64,000 bases of DNA. Origin: Bacteroidales bacterium. GTDB taxonomy: Bacteria; Bacteroidota; Bacteroidia; Bacteroidales; Muribaculaceae. Under the pieces are notes generated by a model. That model did not search any database, was not told the DNA's origin, and saw only the letters and a program-made list of their open reading frames with translations. The stretch lies in contig SFFL01000004.1 in assembly GCA_004557825.1 (NCBI GenBank), positions 55,808 to 119,807 on the forward strand. Reading direction: 5' to 3'. Below are positions 40,101 to 48,791 of this stretch, piece by piece; the first letter of the stretch is position 1, and each line of letters begins with the position of its first letter. Position numbers and translations under genes: made by a program.

Positions 40101-40712
40101 GATTTCGCTGCCGACAGTGAAGGTTATGGTTTTGTCGGAGAGAACTTTGCGCGAGGCTACTTTCTCGGCGAGGGCTTCGGGGCAGCTCACCACGAAACGC
40201 AGCTCCGGGTCGGTGGTCCAGTGGTTCAGGGTCTCGGTACGGAGGATCTGCTGGGGCGGGTCGGTCTGGCCATATTTGATGTCGCGGCGGTAGCCCGAGG
40301 GGAAGATGAGCACGGCGCGGTCGCCGAGGATTTTCACCAGGTCGTTGTAGAGGTAGCCGGCGTCGTCGGGGCTGTCGGCCACCACCAGCGCGGGCTTGCC
40401 CTGAGGGCAGAGGGCGGGGGATGCAGCAGCGGGGCTGGCGACGAGGCCGGCAAGGAGCATGGCGGGGGAGGAGCCGGCAAGAGAGGTCAGCGCTATCTCT
40501 TGGCCGGAGCGGGCCAGGGTGAGGGCGCGCTCCATCGCCGTCCGGCGTGCGGGCGTGACAAACTGCCCGGCCAGCAGAGCCAGCTCTACGGGCGCAGCGG
40601 ATTGGCCGACGGAAGAAACGGGCGCAGCGGATTGGCCGGCCGTGGGGGTCGGAGCCAGGGGAGATTTGTCGGCGACGGCCGTGGCCGCAGCTGTTGCTTT
40701 CTGTGCTGACAT
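37155..40712 (-). CDS. mfd: Transcription-repair coupling factor
   Basis: HVDHGVG, CGDVGFGKTE, DEEQ, SATPIPRT and the TRG motif DLDIRGAGN. Confidence 0.97.
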   Translation of the reverse strand: MSAQKATAAATAVADKSPLAPTPTAGQSAAPVSSVGQSAAPVELALLAGQFVTPARRTAMERALTLARSGQEIALTSLAGSSPAMLLAGLVASPAAASPALCPQGKPALVVADSPDDAGYLYNDLVKILGDRAVLIFPSGYRRDIKYGQTDPPQQILRTETLNHWTTDPELRFVVSCPEALAEKVASRKVLSDKTITFTVGSEIDLDATRRRLLDLGFIPVDYVYEPGHFAVRGSIIDIFGYSTELPVRIDLFGDEIDSIRTFNIETQLSEQKLDSVAVTADVNSGDDAAQSLLDFIPEDTVVFARDFTHLQARIEAIASESFSASAEHASEGDRTALTQVVDPGRFAAALAKFPRLSWSAGQAPAEGAKSVSFDCTPQGLYHKNFDLISDSFLKFLADGYSIYILTDSQKQALRLHDIFAERGDSIRFTPAAATLHEGFVDHSAKRCYFTDHQIFDRFHKYSLKSDRARSGKLALSLKELQAIEPGDFIVHVDHGVGKFGGLLRTQVNGTTQEMIKLIYKNNDCIFVSIHALHKLAKYRGKEGVEPAVNKLGSGAWNRMKERTKSKLKDIARDLIRLYAARKEEKGFSFSPDSYLQHELEASFIYEDTPDQLTATRDVKADMESPRPMDRLICGDVGFGKTEIAIRAAFKAATDGKQVAVLVPTTVLAYQHFNTFRDRLKDFPVRVDYLSRARTTKQVKEILRDLADGKIDILVGTHRLIGKDVHFKDLGLLIIDEEQKFGVAVKEKLKQMKTSVDTLTMSATPIPRTLQFSLMGARDLSSITTPPPNRYPILTSVNSLTDDLLAEAVNFEMSRNGQVFIINNRIEGLYRLEEMVKRVVPDARTIVAHGQMPPEQLEKAIIDFTNQDYDVMIATTIVESGVDMPNVNTMIVNNAQNFGLSELHQLRGRVGRSNRKAFCYLMVPPGAPLTPIARRRLQAIEGFSDLGSGIHIAMQDLDIRGAGNLLGAEQSGFIADLGYETYQKILKEAVTELRTEEFAGVLTKEENHSAEGDDPTADEYVADCVIESDLELLLPAWYVPQESERISLYRELDSMEREMDIREFRSRLVDRFGKIPPEAAELTRVPRLRRLARQLGIEKVALKQGMMYTYFVDAANQAYYQSPAFGKMIAYLQTHIESVKIREKAGKRSFSFANVSNVETAVHILASITALPAPPPPGSPSKSTS

Positions 40713-40724
40713 ATTTACAAACTG

Positions 40725-40866
40725 CAAAATTAACAAAAAAACCGTCAAAATTCCTCCGGAAGGCGCCGGAAAAACGCCCTTTAACCTTATTTTTTCTTTT
40801 TTATAATGTGAAGCGAAATTTACAACGGGCTGTAGAAAGAATTTTTGCGAAATATTCGTATCTTTG
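40725..40866. promoter_or_regulatory. Divergent -7 elements (mfd / nifJ)
   Basis: TAATTTTG minus at 40725-40732 and TATCTTTG plus at 40859-40866. Confidence 0.55.
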
Positions 40867-40962
40867 TGGGATATTTCCTAACTGTGCGTAAGGTACACGA
40901 TTTTCCCCCGACGTACATATTTGCACAACATATATTCAATATAAACTGATTTTCTAACCATT

Positions 40963-43900
40963 ATGAGTAAAGAAAAGAAATTTATTACCTGTGATGGCAA
41001 CCAGGCAGCAGCCCATGTAAGCTATATGTTTACAGAGGTGGCAGCTATCTACCCCATCACCCCCTCGTCGACTATGGCTGAATATGTCGACGAATGGGCG
41101 GCAGGCGGCCGCAAGAACATTTTCGGCGAGACAGTCCTCGTGCAGGAAATGCAATCTGAAGGCGGTGCCGCAGGTGCCGTGCACGGTTCTCTTCAGGCCG
41201 GTGCGCTCACTACCACCTACACCGCATCGCAGGGTCTTCTGCTGATGATCCCCAACATGTACAAGATTGCCGGCGAGCAGCTCCCCAGCGTGTTCCACGT
41301 TTCGGCCCGTACGCTTGCCAGCCACGCGCTGAGCATCTTCGGCGACCATCAGGATGTGATGTCGGTGCGTCAGACCGGCTTCGCTATGCTCTGCGAAGGC
41401 TCCGTGCAGGAGGTAATGGATCTGGCCGGTGTGGCTCACCTGGCTACCATCAAGAGCTCCATCCCCTTCGTTAACTTCTTCGACGGCTTCCGCACATCCC
41501 ACGAGATTCAGAAAATCGAGGTGATGGACCAAGAAAGCCTCGAACCGCTGCTCGACCGCGAGGCTCTGGCCCGCTTCCGTCAGCGCGGCCTCACTCCCCA
41601 GGCTCCCGTATCGCGCGGTATGGCTGAGAACGGCGACGTGTTCTTCCAGCACCGCGAAGCCAGCAACCCCGCCTACGAAGCAGTGCCCGAGGTTGTGGAG
41701 GAGTATATGAACAAAATCTCCGAAATCACCGGCCGCAAATACGGTCTGTTCAACTACTACGGCGCTGAGGATGCCGACCGCGTGATCATCGCCATGGGTT
41801 CCGTGACCCAGGCCGCCCAGGAAGCCATCGACTACCTGATGTCGAAGGGCGAGAAGGTGGGTCTGGTGAGCGTTCACCTCTATCGCCCCTTCTCTGCCAA
41901 GCATTTCCTTGCCGCTGTGCCCAAGACAGCCAAGCGTATTGCCGTGCTCGACCGCACAAAGGAACCGGGCGCTACCGGCGAGCCTCTCTTCCTGGATGTG
42001 AAGGAGTGCTTCTACGGTGTGGAGAATGCCCCCGAAATCGTAGGCGGCCGCTACGGTCTGGCCTCGAAGGACACCACCCCCGCCCAGATCATCGGCGTTT
42101 ACGAGAACCTGGCTCTGCCCATGCCTAAAGACCACTTCACCATCGGCATCGTCGACGACGTGACCTTCACTTCGCTCCCCCTGCCCGAAGAGGTAGCCCT
42201 GGGCGACAAGTCGACCTTTGAAGCCAAGTTCTACGGCCTCGGTGCCGACGGTACCGTGGGTGCCAACAAGAACTCGGTGAAGATCATCGGCGACAACACC
42301 AATAAGTACTGCCAGGCTTACTTCGCCTACGACTCCAAGAAGTCGGGCGGCTTCACCTGCTCGCACCTGCGCTTCGGCGACGCGCCCATCCGCTCGACCT
42401 ATCTGGTGAACACCCCCAACTTCGTGGCTTGCCACGTGCAGGCTTACCTGCATATGTATGACGTGACCCGAGGTCTGCGCGACAACGGCACTTTCCTGCT
42501 CAACACCATCTGGGAGGGCGAGGAGCTGGCCAAGAATCTTCCCACTAATGTGAAGAAATATTTCGCCGACCACAACATCACCGTCTACTACATCAACGCC
42601 ACCAAGATCGCTCAGGAAATCGGTCTGGGCAACCGTACCAACACCATCCTCCAGAGCGCGTTCTTCCGCATCACCGAGGTTATCCCCGTTGACCTGGCTG
42701 TAGAGCAGATGAAGAAATTCATCGTCAAGAGCTACGGCAAGAAGGGCCAGGATGTGGTCGACAAGAACTATGCAGCCGTTGACCGCGGCGGCGAGTACAA
42801 AAAGCTCGACGTAGATCCCGCATGGAGCAAGCTCGAAGTAGAGAAGCCCGCCCCCAACGACGATCCCGAATTCATCAACAAGATCGTTCGCCCCATCAAC
42901 GCACAGAGCGGCGACCTGCTGAAGGTGAGCGACTTCGTCAATATGCCCGACGGCACATGGGAGCCTGGCACCGCAGCCTACGAGAAGCGCGGTGTGGCAG
43001 CTTTCGTGCCTGAATGGGACCCCGAAAACTGTATCCAGTGCAACAAGTGCGCATATGTCTGCCCCCACGCCGCCATCCGTCCCTTCCTGCTCGACGCTCA
43101 GGAGATGAAGGATGCTCCTATGGCCGAGGACCAGACTCTGCCCGCTATCGGCAAGGCTTTCACCGGCATGCGCTTCGTGCAGGCTGTCGACGTGCTCGAC
43201 TGCCTCGGCTGCGGCAACTGCGTTGACGTCTGCCCCGGCAAGAAGGGCGTGAAGGCTCTGGCTATGAAGCCGCTTGAGACTCAGCTCGACAAGGATAAGG
43301 AATGGGAATACTGCGTGAAGTCAGTGGCCTCCAAGCAGGACCTGATCGATATCACAGCAAATGTGAAGAACTCGCAGTTCGCCACCCCGCTGTTTGAATT
43401 CTCGGGCGCTTGCTCGGGCTGCGGCGAGACTCCCTATGTGAAGCTCATCTCACAGCTCTTCGGCGACCACGAAATGGTAGCCAACGCCACCGGTTGCTCT
43501 TCGATTTATTCCGGCTCCGTGCCCTCCACTCCTTACACCACCAACTTCCGCGGCCACGGTCCCGCCTGGGCCAACTCGCTCTTCGAGGACTTCGCAGAAT
43601 TCGGTCTGGGTATGACCATCGCCAACGAGAAGATGGTGGCCCGTCTGGCCGACCTGATGCAGAAGGCTCTCACCTGCGACTGCTGCTCGGCTGAAATCAA
43701 GGAGCAGGCTCAGAAATGGCTCGACAACCGCAACGACGCTACCGCCACCCGCGAGGTTTACGAGAAGATCGTGCCTCTGTGCGCAGCCTGCGCCTGCGAC
43801 ATCTGCAAGGGCATTGTGGCTCTGCAGGGCTTCATCGTGAAGCGTTCGCAGTGGATCATCGCCGGTGACGGTGCCGCATACGATATCGGCTTCGGCGGTC

Positions 43901-44526
43901 TTGACCACGTGCTCGCTTCGGGCAAGAATGTCAACATCCTCGTGCTCGACACCGAGGTTTACTCCAATACCGGCGGCCAGGCTTCGAAGGCCACTCCTAT
44001 CGGCGCCATCGCCAAATTCGCCGCAGCCGGCAAGCGCGTGCGCAAGAAAGACCTCGGCCTGATTGCCACTACCTACGGCTACGTTTACGCTGCCCAGGTG
44101 GCTATGGGCGCCGACCAGGCTCAGACCCTCAAGGCTATCCGCGAGGCTGAGGCTTACGACGGTCCTTCCATCATCATCGCCTACTCGCCCTGTATCAACC
44201 ACGGTCTGAAGGCCGGTATGGGTCACAGCCAGGCTGAGGAGCAGCGCGCCGTAGAATGCGGTTACTGGCACCTCTGGCGCTACAATCCCGTTCTGGAGGA
44301 AGAGGGCAAGAATCCCTTCTCGCTCGATTCCAAGACTCCCGACTGGGATAAGTTTGAGGACTTCCTCAAGGGCGAGGTGCGCTACGCATCCGTCTGGAAG
44401 CAGTACCCCAACGAGGCAGCCGAGCTGTTCTCCGCCGCCAAGGCCAACGCTCAGTGGCGCTACAACAACTACCTGCGTCTCACTCAGAGCCAGTGGGGTG
44501 TAGAGCCGCCTGCCATCGTTAAGTAA
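40963..44526 (+). CDS. nifJ: Pyruvate:ferredoxin (flavodoxin) oxidoreductase
   Basis: YPITPS, two ferredoxin CxxCxxCxxxCP motifs, and TPP-binding GDG...EVYSNTGGQ. Confidence 0.97.
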   Translation: MSKEKKFITCDGNQAAAHVSYMFTEVAAIYPITPSSTMAEYVDEWAAGGRKNIFGETVLVQEMQSEGGAAGAVHGSLQAGALTTTYTASQGLLLMIPNMYKIAGEQLPSVFHVSARTLASHALSIFGDHQDVMSVRQTGFAMLCEGSVQEVMDLAGVAHLATIKSSIPFVNFFDGFRTSHEIQKIEVMDQESLEPLLDREALARFRQRGLTPQAPVSRGMAENGDVFFQHREASNPAYEAVPEVVEEYMNKISEITGRKYGLFNYYGAEDADRVIIAMGSVTQAAQEAIDYLMSKGEKVGLVSVHLYRPFSAKHFLAAVPKTAKRIAVLDRTKEPGATGEPLFLDVKECFYGVENAPEIVGGRYGLASKDTTPAQIIGVYENLALPMPKDHFTIGIVDDVTFTSLPLPEEVALGDKSTFEAKFYGLGADGTVGANKNSVKIIGDNTNKYCQAYFAYDSKKSGGFTCSHLRFGDAPIRSTYLVNTPNFVACHVQAYLHMYDVTRGLRDNGTFLLNTIWEGEELAKNLPTNVKKYFADHNITVYYINATKIAQEIGLGNRTNTILQSAFFRITEVIPVDLAVEQMKKFIVKSYGKKGQDVVDKNYAAVDRGGEYKKLDVDPAWSKLEVEKPAPNDDPEFINKIVRPINAQSGDLLKVSDFVNMPDGTWEPGTAAYEKRGVAAFVPEWDPENCIQCNKCAYVCPHAAIRPFLLDAQEMKDAPMAEDQTLPAIGKAFTGMRFVQAVDVLDCLGCGNCVDVCPGKKGVKALAMKPLETQLDKDKEWEYCVKSVASKQDLIDITANVKNSQFATPLFEFSGACSGCGETPYVKLISQLFGDHEMVANATGCSSIYSGSVPSTPYTTNFRGHGPAWANSLFEDFAEFGLGMTIANEKMVARLADLMQKALTCDCCSAEIKEQAQKWLDNRNDATATREVYEKIVPLCAACACDICKGIVALQGFIVKRSQWIIAGDGAAYDIGFGGLDHVLASGKNVNILVLDTEVYSNTGGQASKATPIGAIAKFAAAGKRVRKKDLGLIATTYGYVYAAQVAMGADQAQTLKAIREAEAYDGPSIIIAYSPCINHGLKAGMGHSQAEEQRAVECGYWHLWRYNPVLEEEGKNPFSLDSKTPDWDKFEDFLKGEVRYASVWKQYPNEAAELFSAAKANAQWRYNNYLRLTQSQWGVEPPAIVK

Positions 44527-44599
44527 AAACCGCCTTCCGGCAAGAGGCTCGGGCGCCCGGCGCCCGGGCCGCTGCCCGGCCGGTTCTATGAAATAAAAT

Positions 44600-44633
44600 A
44601 TGTGGTGTGTCGCCATCGGCTGGCACACCACAT
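44600..44633 (+). terminator. Hairpin downstream of nifJ, possible terminator
   Basis: Stem ATGTGGTGTG...CACACCACAT followed by an AT-rich tract, but no clear poly-U. Confidence 0.45.
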
Positions 44634-44702
44634 TATATATTAAGCACTCCTTTTTATATCAGGCACCCTTGCGGCGCCTGAATATCAAGCATTAGACAAT
44701 CT

Positions 44703-45542
44703 ATGTCGGAAAATTCAGAAAAGCAACTGATTGTGGTGAAAGTGGGCAGCAACGTGCTCACCCGCGCCGACCAGAAGCCCAATGTCACCAATATGTCGGC
44801 ACTGGTCGACCAGATGGCCCGGCTGCACGCCTACGGCCACCGGATAGTGCTGGTGTCGTCGGGTGCCGTGGCCTGCGGGCGCGGTGTGATTCAGCCTGCC
44901 CGGCAGCTCGACTCCGTGGCCGAAAGGCAGCTTTACTCCTCAATCGGCCAGATTCGCCTGATAAATCTCTACAATCAGCTGTTTGGCAGCTACGGCATCC
45001 CCATCGGGCAGGTGCTCACGCAGAAGGATAACTTCGCCTCGCGTACGGCCTGTCTAAACCAGAAATCCTGTATCCTCACGATGCTCGACAACGGCGTGAT
45101 TCCCGTGCTCAACGAAAACGACACGGCATCGCTCACCGAGCTGATGTTCACCGATAACGATGAGCTGTCGGGGTTGATGGCCACAATGCTCGGCGCCGAC
45201 AAGCTGGTGATTCTCTCGAATGTCGACGGCATTTACACCGGCGCGCCCGACGCCCCCGGCTCGGAGCTGATCCGGCGGGTGACCCCCGGCGAGGACCTGC
45301 GCGACTTTGTGCAGCAGACCAAGAGCGGCTACGGCCGCGGCGGTATGGGCACCAAGTGTCACATCGCCCGGATGGTGGCCGCCGAAGGCGTGGAGGTGGT
45401 GATAGCCCGCGGCAACCGCCCCGACGTGTTGGTGGATGTGGTGGAGCATCCCGACCGGGTGCCGCACACCCTCTTTGAGGCCGCTCCTCGCTGCGAAGGC
45501 GCCGCCGCCGTCACCTCCTTCCTCGATTACCCCCTCGAGTAG
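44703..45542 (+). CDS. proB: Glutamate 5-kinase (short form without PUA domain)
   Basis: VKVGS, SSGA, NEND, DNDELS and GGMGTK. Confidence 0.95.
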   Translation: MSENSEKQLIVVKVGSNVLTRADQKPNVTNMSALVDQMARLHAYGHRIVLVSSGAVACGRGVIQPARQLDSVAERQLYSSIGQIRLINLYNQLFGSYGIPIGQVLTQKDNFASRTACLNQKSCILTMLDNGVIPVLNENDTASLTELMFTDNDELSGLMATMLGADKLVILSNVDGIYTGAPDAPGSELIRRVTPGEDLRDFVQQTKSGYGRGGMGTKCHIARMVAAEGVEVVIARGNRPDVLVDVVEHPDRVPHTLFEAAPRCEGAAAVTSFLDYPLE

Positions 45543-45560
45543 CCGATAAAAAATAATGAT

Positions 45561-46910
45561 ATGCTGGAAAAAATATTTGTGAAGGTGCGCGAGGCTTCGC
45601 GCCGCGTGGCGCTTGCGCCCGATAGCCAACGGTCGGAGGCGCTGCGCCGTCTGGCCCAACTGGTGGAGGAGAATATGGATAATATTCTCCGCGCCAATGC
45701 CCTGGATTTGAGCAAAATGGATGCCGCAAATCCGCTCTACGACCGTCTGCAGCTCACACCTGAGCGTCTGCGCGCCATCGCTGCCGATCTGCGACACGTG
45801 GCGTCGCTGCCCGCTCCCGACGGGGAGGTGGTGGAGGAGCGCACACTCGACAATGGCATAGCGCTCCGGCAGGTGCGTGTGCCGTTCGGCGTGGTGGGCG
45901 TGATTTATGAAGCGCGGCCAAATGTCACCTACGATGTGTTCTCGCTCTGTCTCAAAAGCGGCAACGCCTGCGTGCTCAAGGGCGGTCACGATGCCGAGGA
46001 GAGCAACCGCGCCGCTATCGCGCTGATTCACCGTGCGTTGGCCGACGTCGGTCTACCTGTGGAGGCGTGTGAACTGCTCCCCTCCACCCACGAGGCTACG
46101 GCTGAGATGCTCAACGCCGTGGAGTATATCGATGTGTGCATCCCGCGTGGCGGCCGCAGGCTGATTGATTTCGTGCGCGACAACGCCCGTGTGCCGGTAA
46201 TCGAAACGGGCGCCGGTGTAGTGCATATCTACTTTGATGCCGCCGCCGACCTTCAGATGGGCACCGCTATCATCTGCAACGCCAAAACGCGCCGCGTGAG
46301 CGTCTGCAACGCCCTCGACACCCTCCTTATCCACCGCTCGCGCCTCTCCGACCTCCCCGCCATCGTGGCGCCCCTCCTCGCCCGTGGCGTCACCCTCCAC
46401 GCCGACCCCGCCTCCCTCGCCGCCCTTGTCGGCGCCCCTACTCAGGTTCCCACAATGGCCTCCCAGGCTTCCCCATTGGCCTCCCAGGCCTGTAGGGGCG
46501 CCCGGATGGCCTCTTGTTCTCCTGCTCTCCTGTCTTCGGAAGCATTCGGGGAGCGGATTGTGGCGGCGGTGGCCGAGGATGCCGACCGCGAGTGGATGAG
46601 CTACAATATGGGTATTTTCACCGTCGACAGCCTCGATGATGCCTTGGCGCATATCGCAGCGCACGGCTCCGGCCACAGCGAAAGCATCATCACCGAAGAC
46701 GAGGCGGCAGCGCGGCGCTTCCAGACCGAAGTGGATGCCTCAAGCGTATATGTGAACCTCCCCACGAGCTTCACCGACGGCGGCCAGTTTGGCCTCGGTG
46801 CCGAAGTGGGCATATCCACGCAGAAGCTCGGCCCCCGCGGTCCGATGGGCCTCAAAGCCCTCACCACCACCAAATACCTTCTCACCGGCCGCGGCCAGCT
46901 CCGCCCGTGA
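45561..46910 (+). CDS. proA: Gamma-glutamyl phosphate reductase with an in-frame repeat insertion
   Basis: IYEARPNV, SVCNA, SGHSESI and GISTQKLGPRGP. Confidence 0.95.
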   Translation: MLEKIFVKVREASRRVALAPDSQRSEALRRLAQLVEENMDNILRANALDLSKMDAANPLYDRLQLTPERLRAIAADLRHVASLPAPDGEVVEERTLDNGIALRQVRVPFGVVGVIYEARPNVTYDVFSLCLKSGNACVLKGGHDAEESNRAAIALIHRALADVGLPVEACELLPSTHEATAEMLNAVEYIDVCIPRGGRRLIDFVRDNARVPVIETGAGVVHIYFDAAADLQMGTAIICNAKTRRVSVCNALDTLLIHRSRLSDLPAIVAPLLARGVTLHADPASLAALVGAPTQVPTMASQASPLASQACRGARMASCSPALLSSEAFGERIVAAVAEDADREWMSYNMGIFTVDSLDDALAHIAAHGSGHSESIITEDEAAARRFQTEVDASSVYVNLPTSFTDGGQFGLGAEVGISTQKLGPRGPMGLKALTTTKYLLTGRGQLRP

Positions 46911-47339
46911 AAACAGTGCTCAGTTCTAAGATTTTAGATAGTAGATATTTTCAGTGCTCAGAGCTTAGATGGCAGATATTTACAGTGCTTAGAGCTTAGA
47001 TAGTAGATATTTAAGTGGGCGGGTGCCCGGATGGGCTGGCTACACTCTTGGGCCATCTACGCCGGCCCCCGCGCCTATTCTCCGCCCATTCGAAGGCGGG
47101 CGCGAAAAATCGCGCCCCTACAGGCCTCTCCGCCCCGCCTCTCCCTTAGCCGCTTTAGCTAAGGTAGCTTTTAGCTAAGATAGCCACTTTAGCTAAGGTA
47201 GCATCAAAAGCCACGCCTGCGGTCTATCCGCGCCGGCGCGCCCGGCGGCATTCCTGCGCTGCCCCATTTCGGGCATGTGCCCTCAACACTGTGCTGAGGG
47301 CGCATGCCCGAAGTAGCATTCTGCATTTCGCATTCCGCA
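46911..47339. repeat. Mosaic intergenic repeat between convergent proA and queG
   Basis: Inverted copies of 3283-3580 and 4788-4895 joined at REP 47095-47122, plus hairpin 47268-47313. Confidence 0.88.
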
Positions 47340-48791
47340 TTATGCCTTGCGCATTGCGGCAGCGGTGCGGAGGAGGCCGAGGAGCTTGGCGCGTTTTATC
47401 GAGGAGTGGCGGAAGAGGAGTGAGAAGCGCTCTTGCGTGAGGTTCAGGGCTTCTTCAAGGGTGAGGGCCAGTATTTCCGGCCTGGGCAAAAACTCTGGCA
47501 GCGGCTCCGAGCTGGGCAGAAATTCCGGCAGCGGCTCCTCCGCATTTTTTTCGGGGGCCTGCCGGGCGTCATCGGCTGTAGGGGCGCGATATATCGCGGC
47601 CGCATCAGGCGAGGCATCTGAAGACAGGAGAGCAGGAGAACAGGCGGGCTCGTTGGGGCGGGAGTGGGGGCAGGCTTCCAGGCAGAGGTCGCAGCCGTAG
47701 ATGCGGCCGGCGGGGATGCGGATTCCGGCGGGGATGGGGCCGCGGTGCTCGATGGTGAGGTAGCTCAGGCAGAGGTTGGCGTCGAGGCCGCCTTGCACGC
47801 TGAGGGCTTTATTGGGGCAGGCGTCGATGCATCGGCGGCAGTTGGCGCAGGGATGCATCGCCTGGGCATCTGAAGACAGGAGAACAGGAGAACAAGAGGC
47901 TGCGCCTGCTTCCGAAGACAGGTGAACAGGAGAAACAGGAGGTTTTGCGGAGAAGGCTTCTTCGGGGGCCATCCGAGCGCTATCAGATGTAGGGGCGCGA
48001 TATATCGCGGCTGCATCAGACGAAAGGGCTTTCTCGGGGGCCTTCGGGGCGCGGCCGCGATGTATCGCGCCCCTACAAGCCTGGGAGGCTTCGGAAATGG
48101 GGGGAGGAAAGGGGGAGGATGTGGGGGTGTCGGGAGGGAATGGGGCGGTGGTGACGATTTCGGCGAGGAAGATGTGGGAGCCGATGCCGGGGATGATGAG
48201 TTGGCGGTGGCGGCCGATGTAGCCGAGGCCTGCTTGGATGGCCCAGAAGCGTTCCATTATCGGTGCGGTGTCGATGCAGATGCGCGCGGGGCAGCCCGTA
48301 GCAGCGGTGATGGCTTCGGCTACGGGTTGGAGTCGGCGGCGGAGCACTTCGTGGTAGTCGTCGCCGAGTGCGTAGCGGGCAAAGAGGAGGCCACCGCTTC
48401 CTTTCGCCTGGCCGCTATAATAGGGGAAGGCCATAGATATGATGGTGCCTTCTTCGGGGGCGGGAGCGCCCCTACAGGCCTGGGAAGCCAATGGGGAAGC
48501 CTGGGAAGCCAATGGGGAAGTCTGGGAAGCCAATGGGGAAGCCTGGGAAGCCAATGAGGAAGCTTGGGAGGCTGCTGGGGTGGAAGGCTGGTTGGGGGTG
48601 AGGAGGAGGGCGGGGTTGAAGCGGATGGGGAGATGGTGCTCAAGGTATTGCATGGAGGCGTGGCGGCCTTGCGCGAGCCACTGGAGGTAGTGGTCGCGGG
48701 CGGCGTCGCTCACAGGTGCAAGTGGGGCGAAGCCTACGCGGATGGCGCCGGCTTGCCGTAGCTTTTCTATGAGCGAGGCTTTGGTGAGCAC
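47340..48791 (-). CDS. queG: Epoxyqueuosine reductase with three repeat-derived insertions
   Basis: RYALGDDYH, DTAPIMER, CANCRRCIDACP, CLSYLTIE and YGCDLCLEACP. GTG start. Confidence 0.88.
   Translation of the reverse strand: MLTKASLIEKLRQAGAIRVGFAPLAPVSDAARDHYLQWLAQGRHASMQYLEHHLPIRFNPALLLTPNQPSTPAASQASSLASQASPLASQTSPLASQASPLASQACRGAPAPEEGTIISMAFPYYSGQAKGSGGLLFARYALGDDYHEVLRRRLQPVAEAITAATGCPARICIDTAPIMERFWAIQAGLGYIGRHRQLIIPGIGSHIFLAEIVTTAPFPPDTPTSSPFPPPISEASQACRGAIHRGRAPKAPEKALSSDAAAIYRAPTSDSARMAPEEAFSAKPPVSPVHLSSEAGAASCSPVLLSSDAQAMHPCANCRRCIDACPNKALSVQGGLDANLCLSYLTIEHRGPIPAGIRIPAGRIYGCDLCLEACPHSRPNEPACSPALLSSDASPDAAAIYRAPTADDARQAPEKNAEEPLPEFLPSSEPLPEFLPRPEILALTLEEALNLTQERFSLLFRHSSIKRAKLLGLLRTAAAMRKA

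Noticed and set aside
40805..40824. TGTGAA-n6-TTTACA upstream of nifJ as a Rex or CRP site
   Set aside because: The spacing fits neither consensus, and it is a single instance.
44703..45542. proB lacking the PUA domain as a truncation
   Set aside because: PUA-less glutamate kinases are a known class, and the catalytic motifs are intact.
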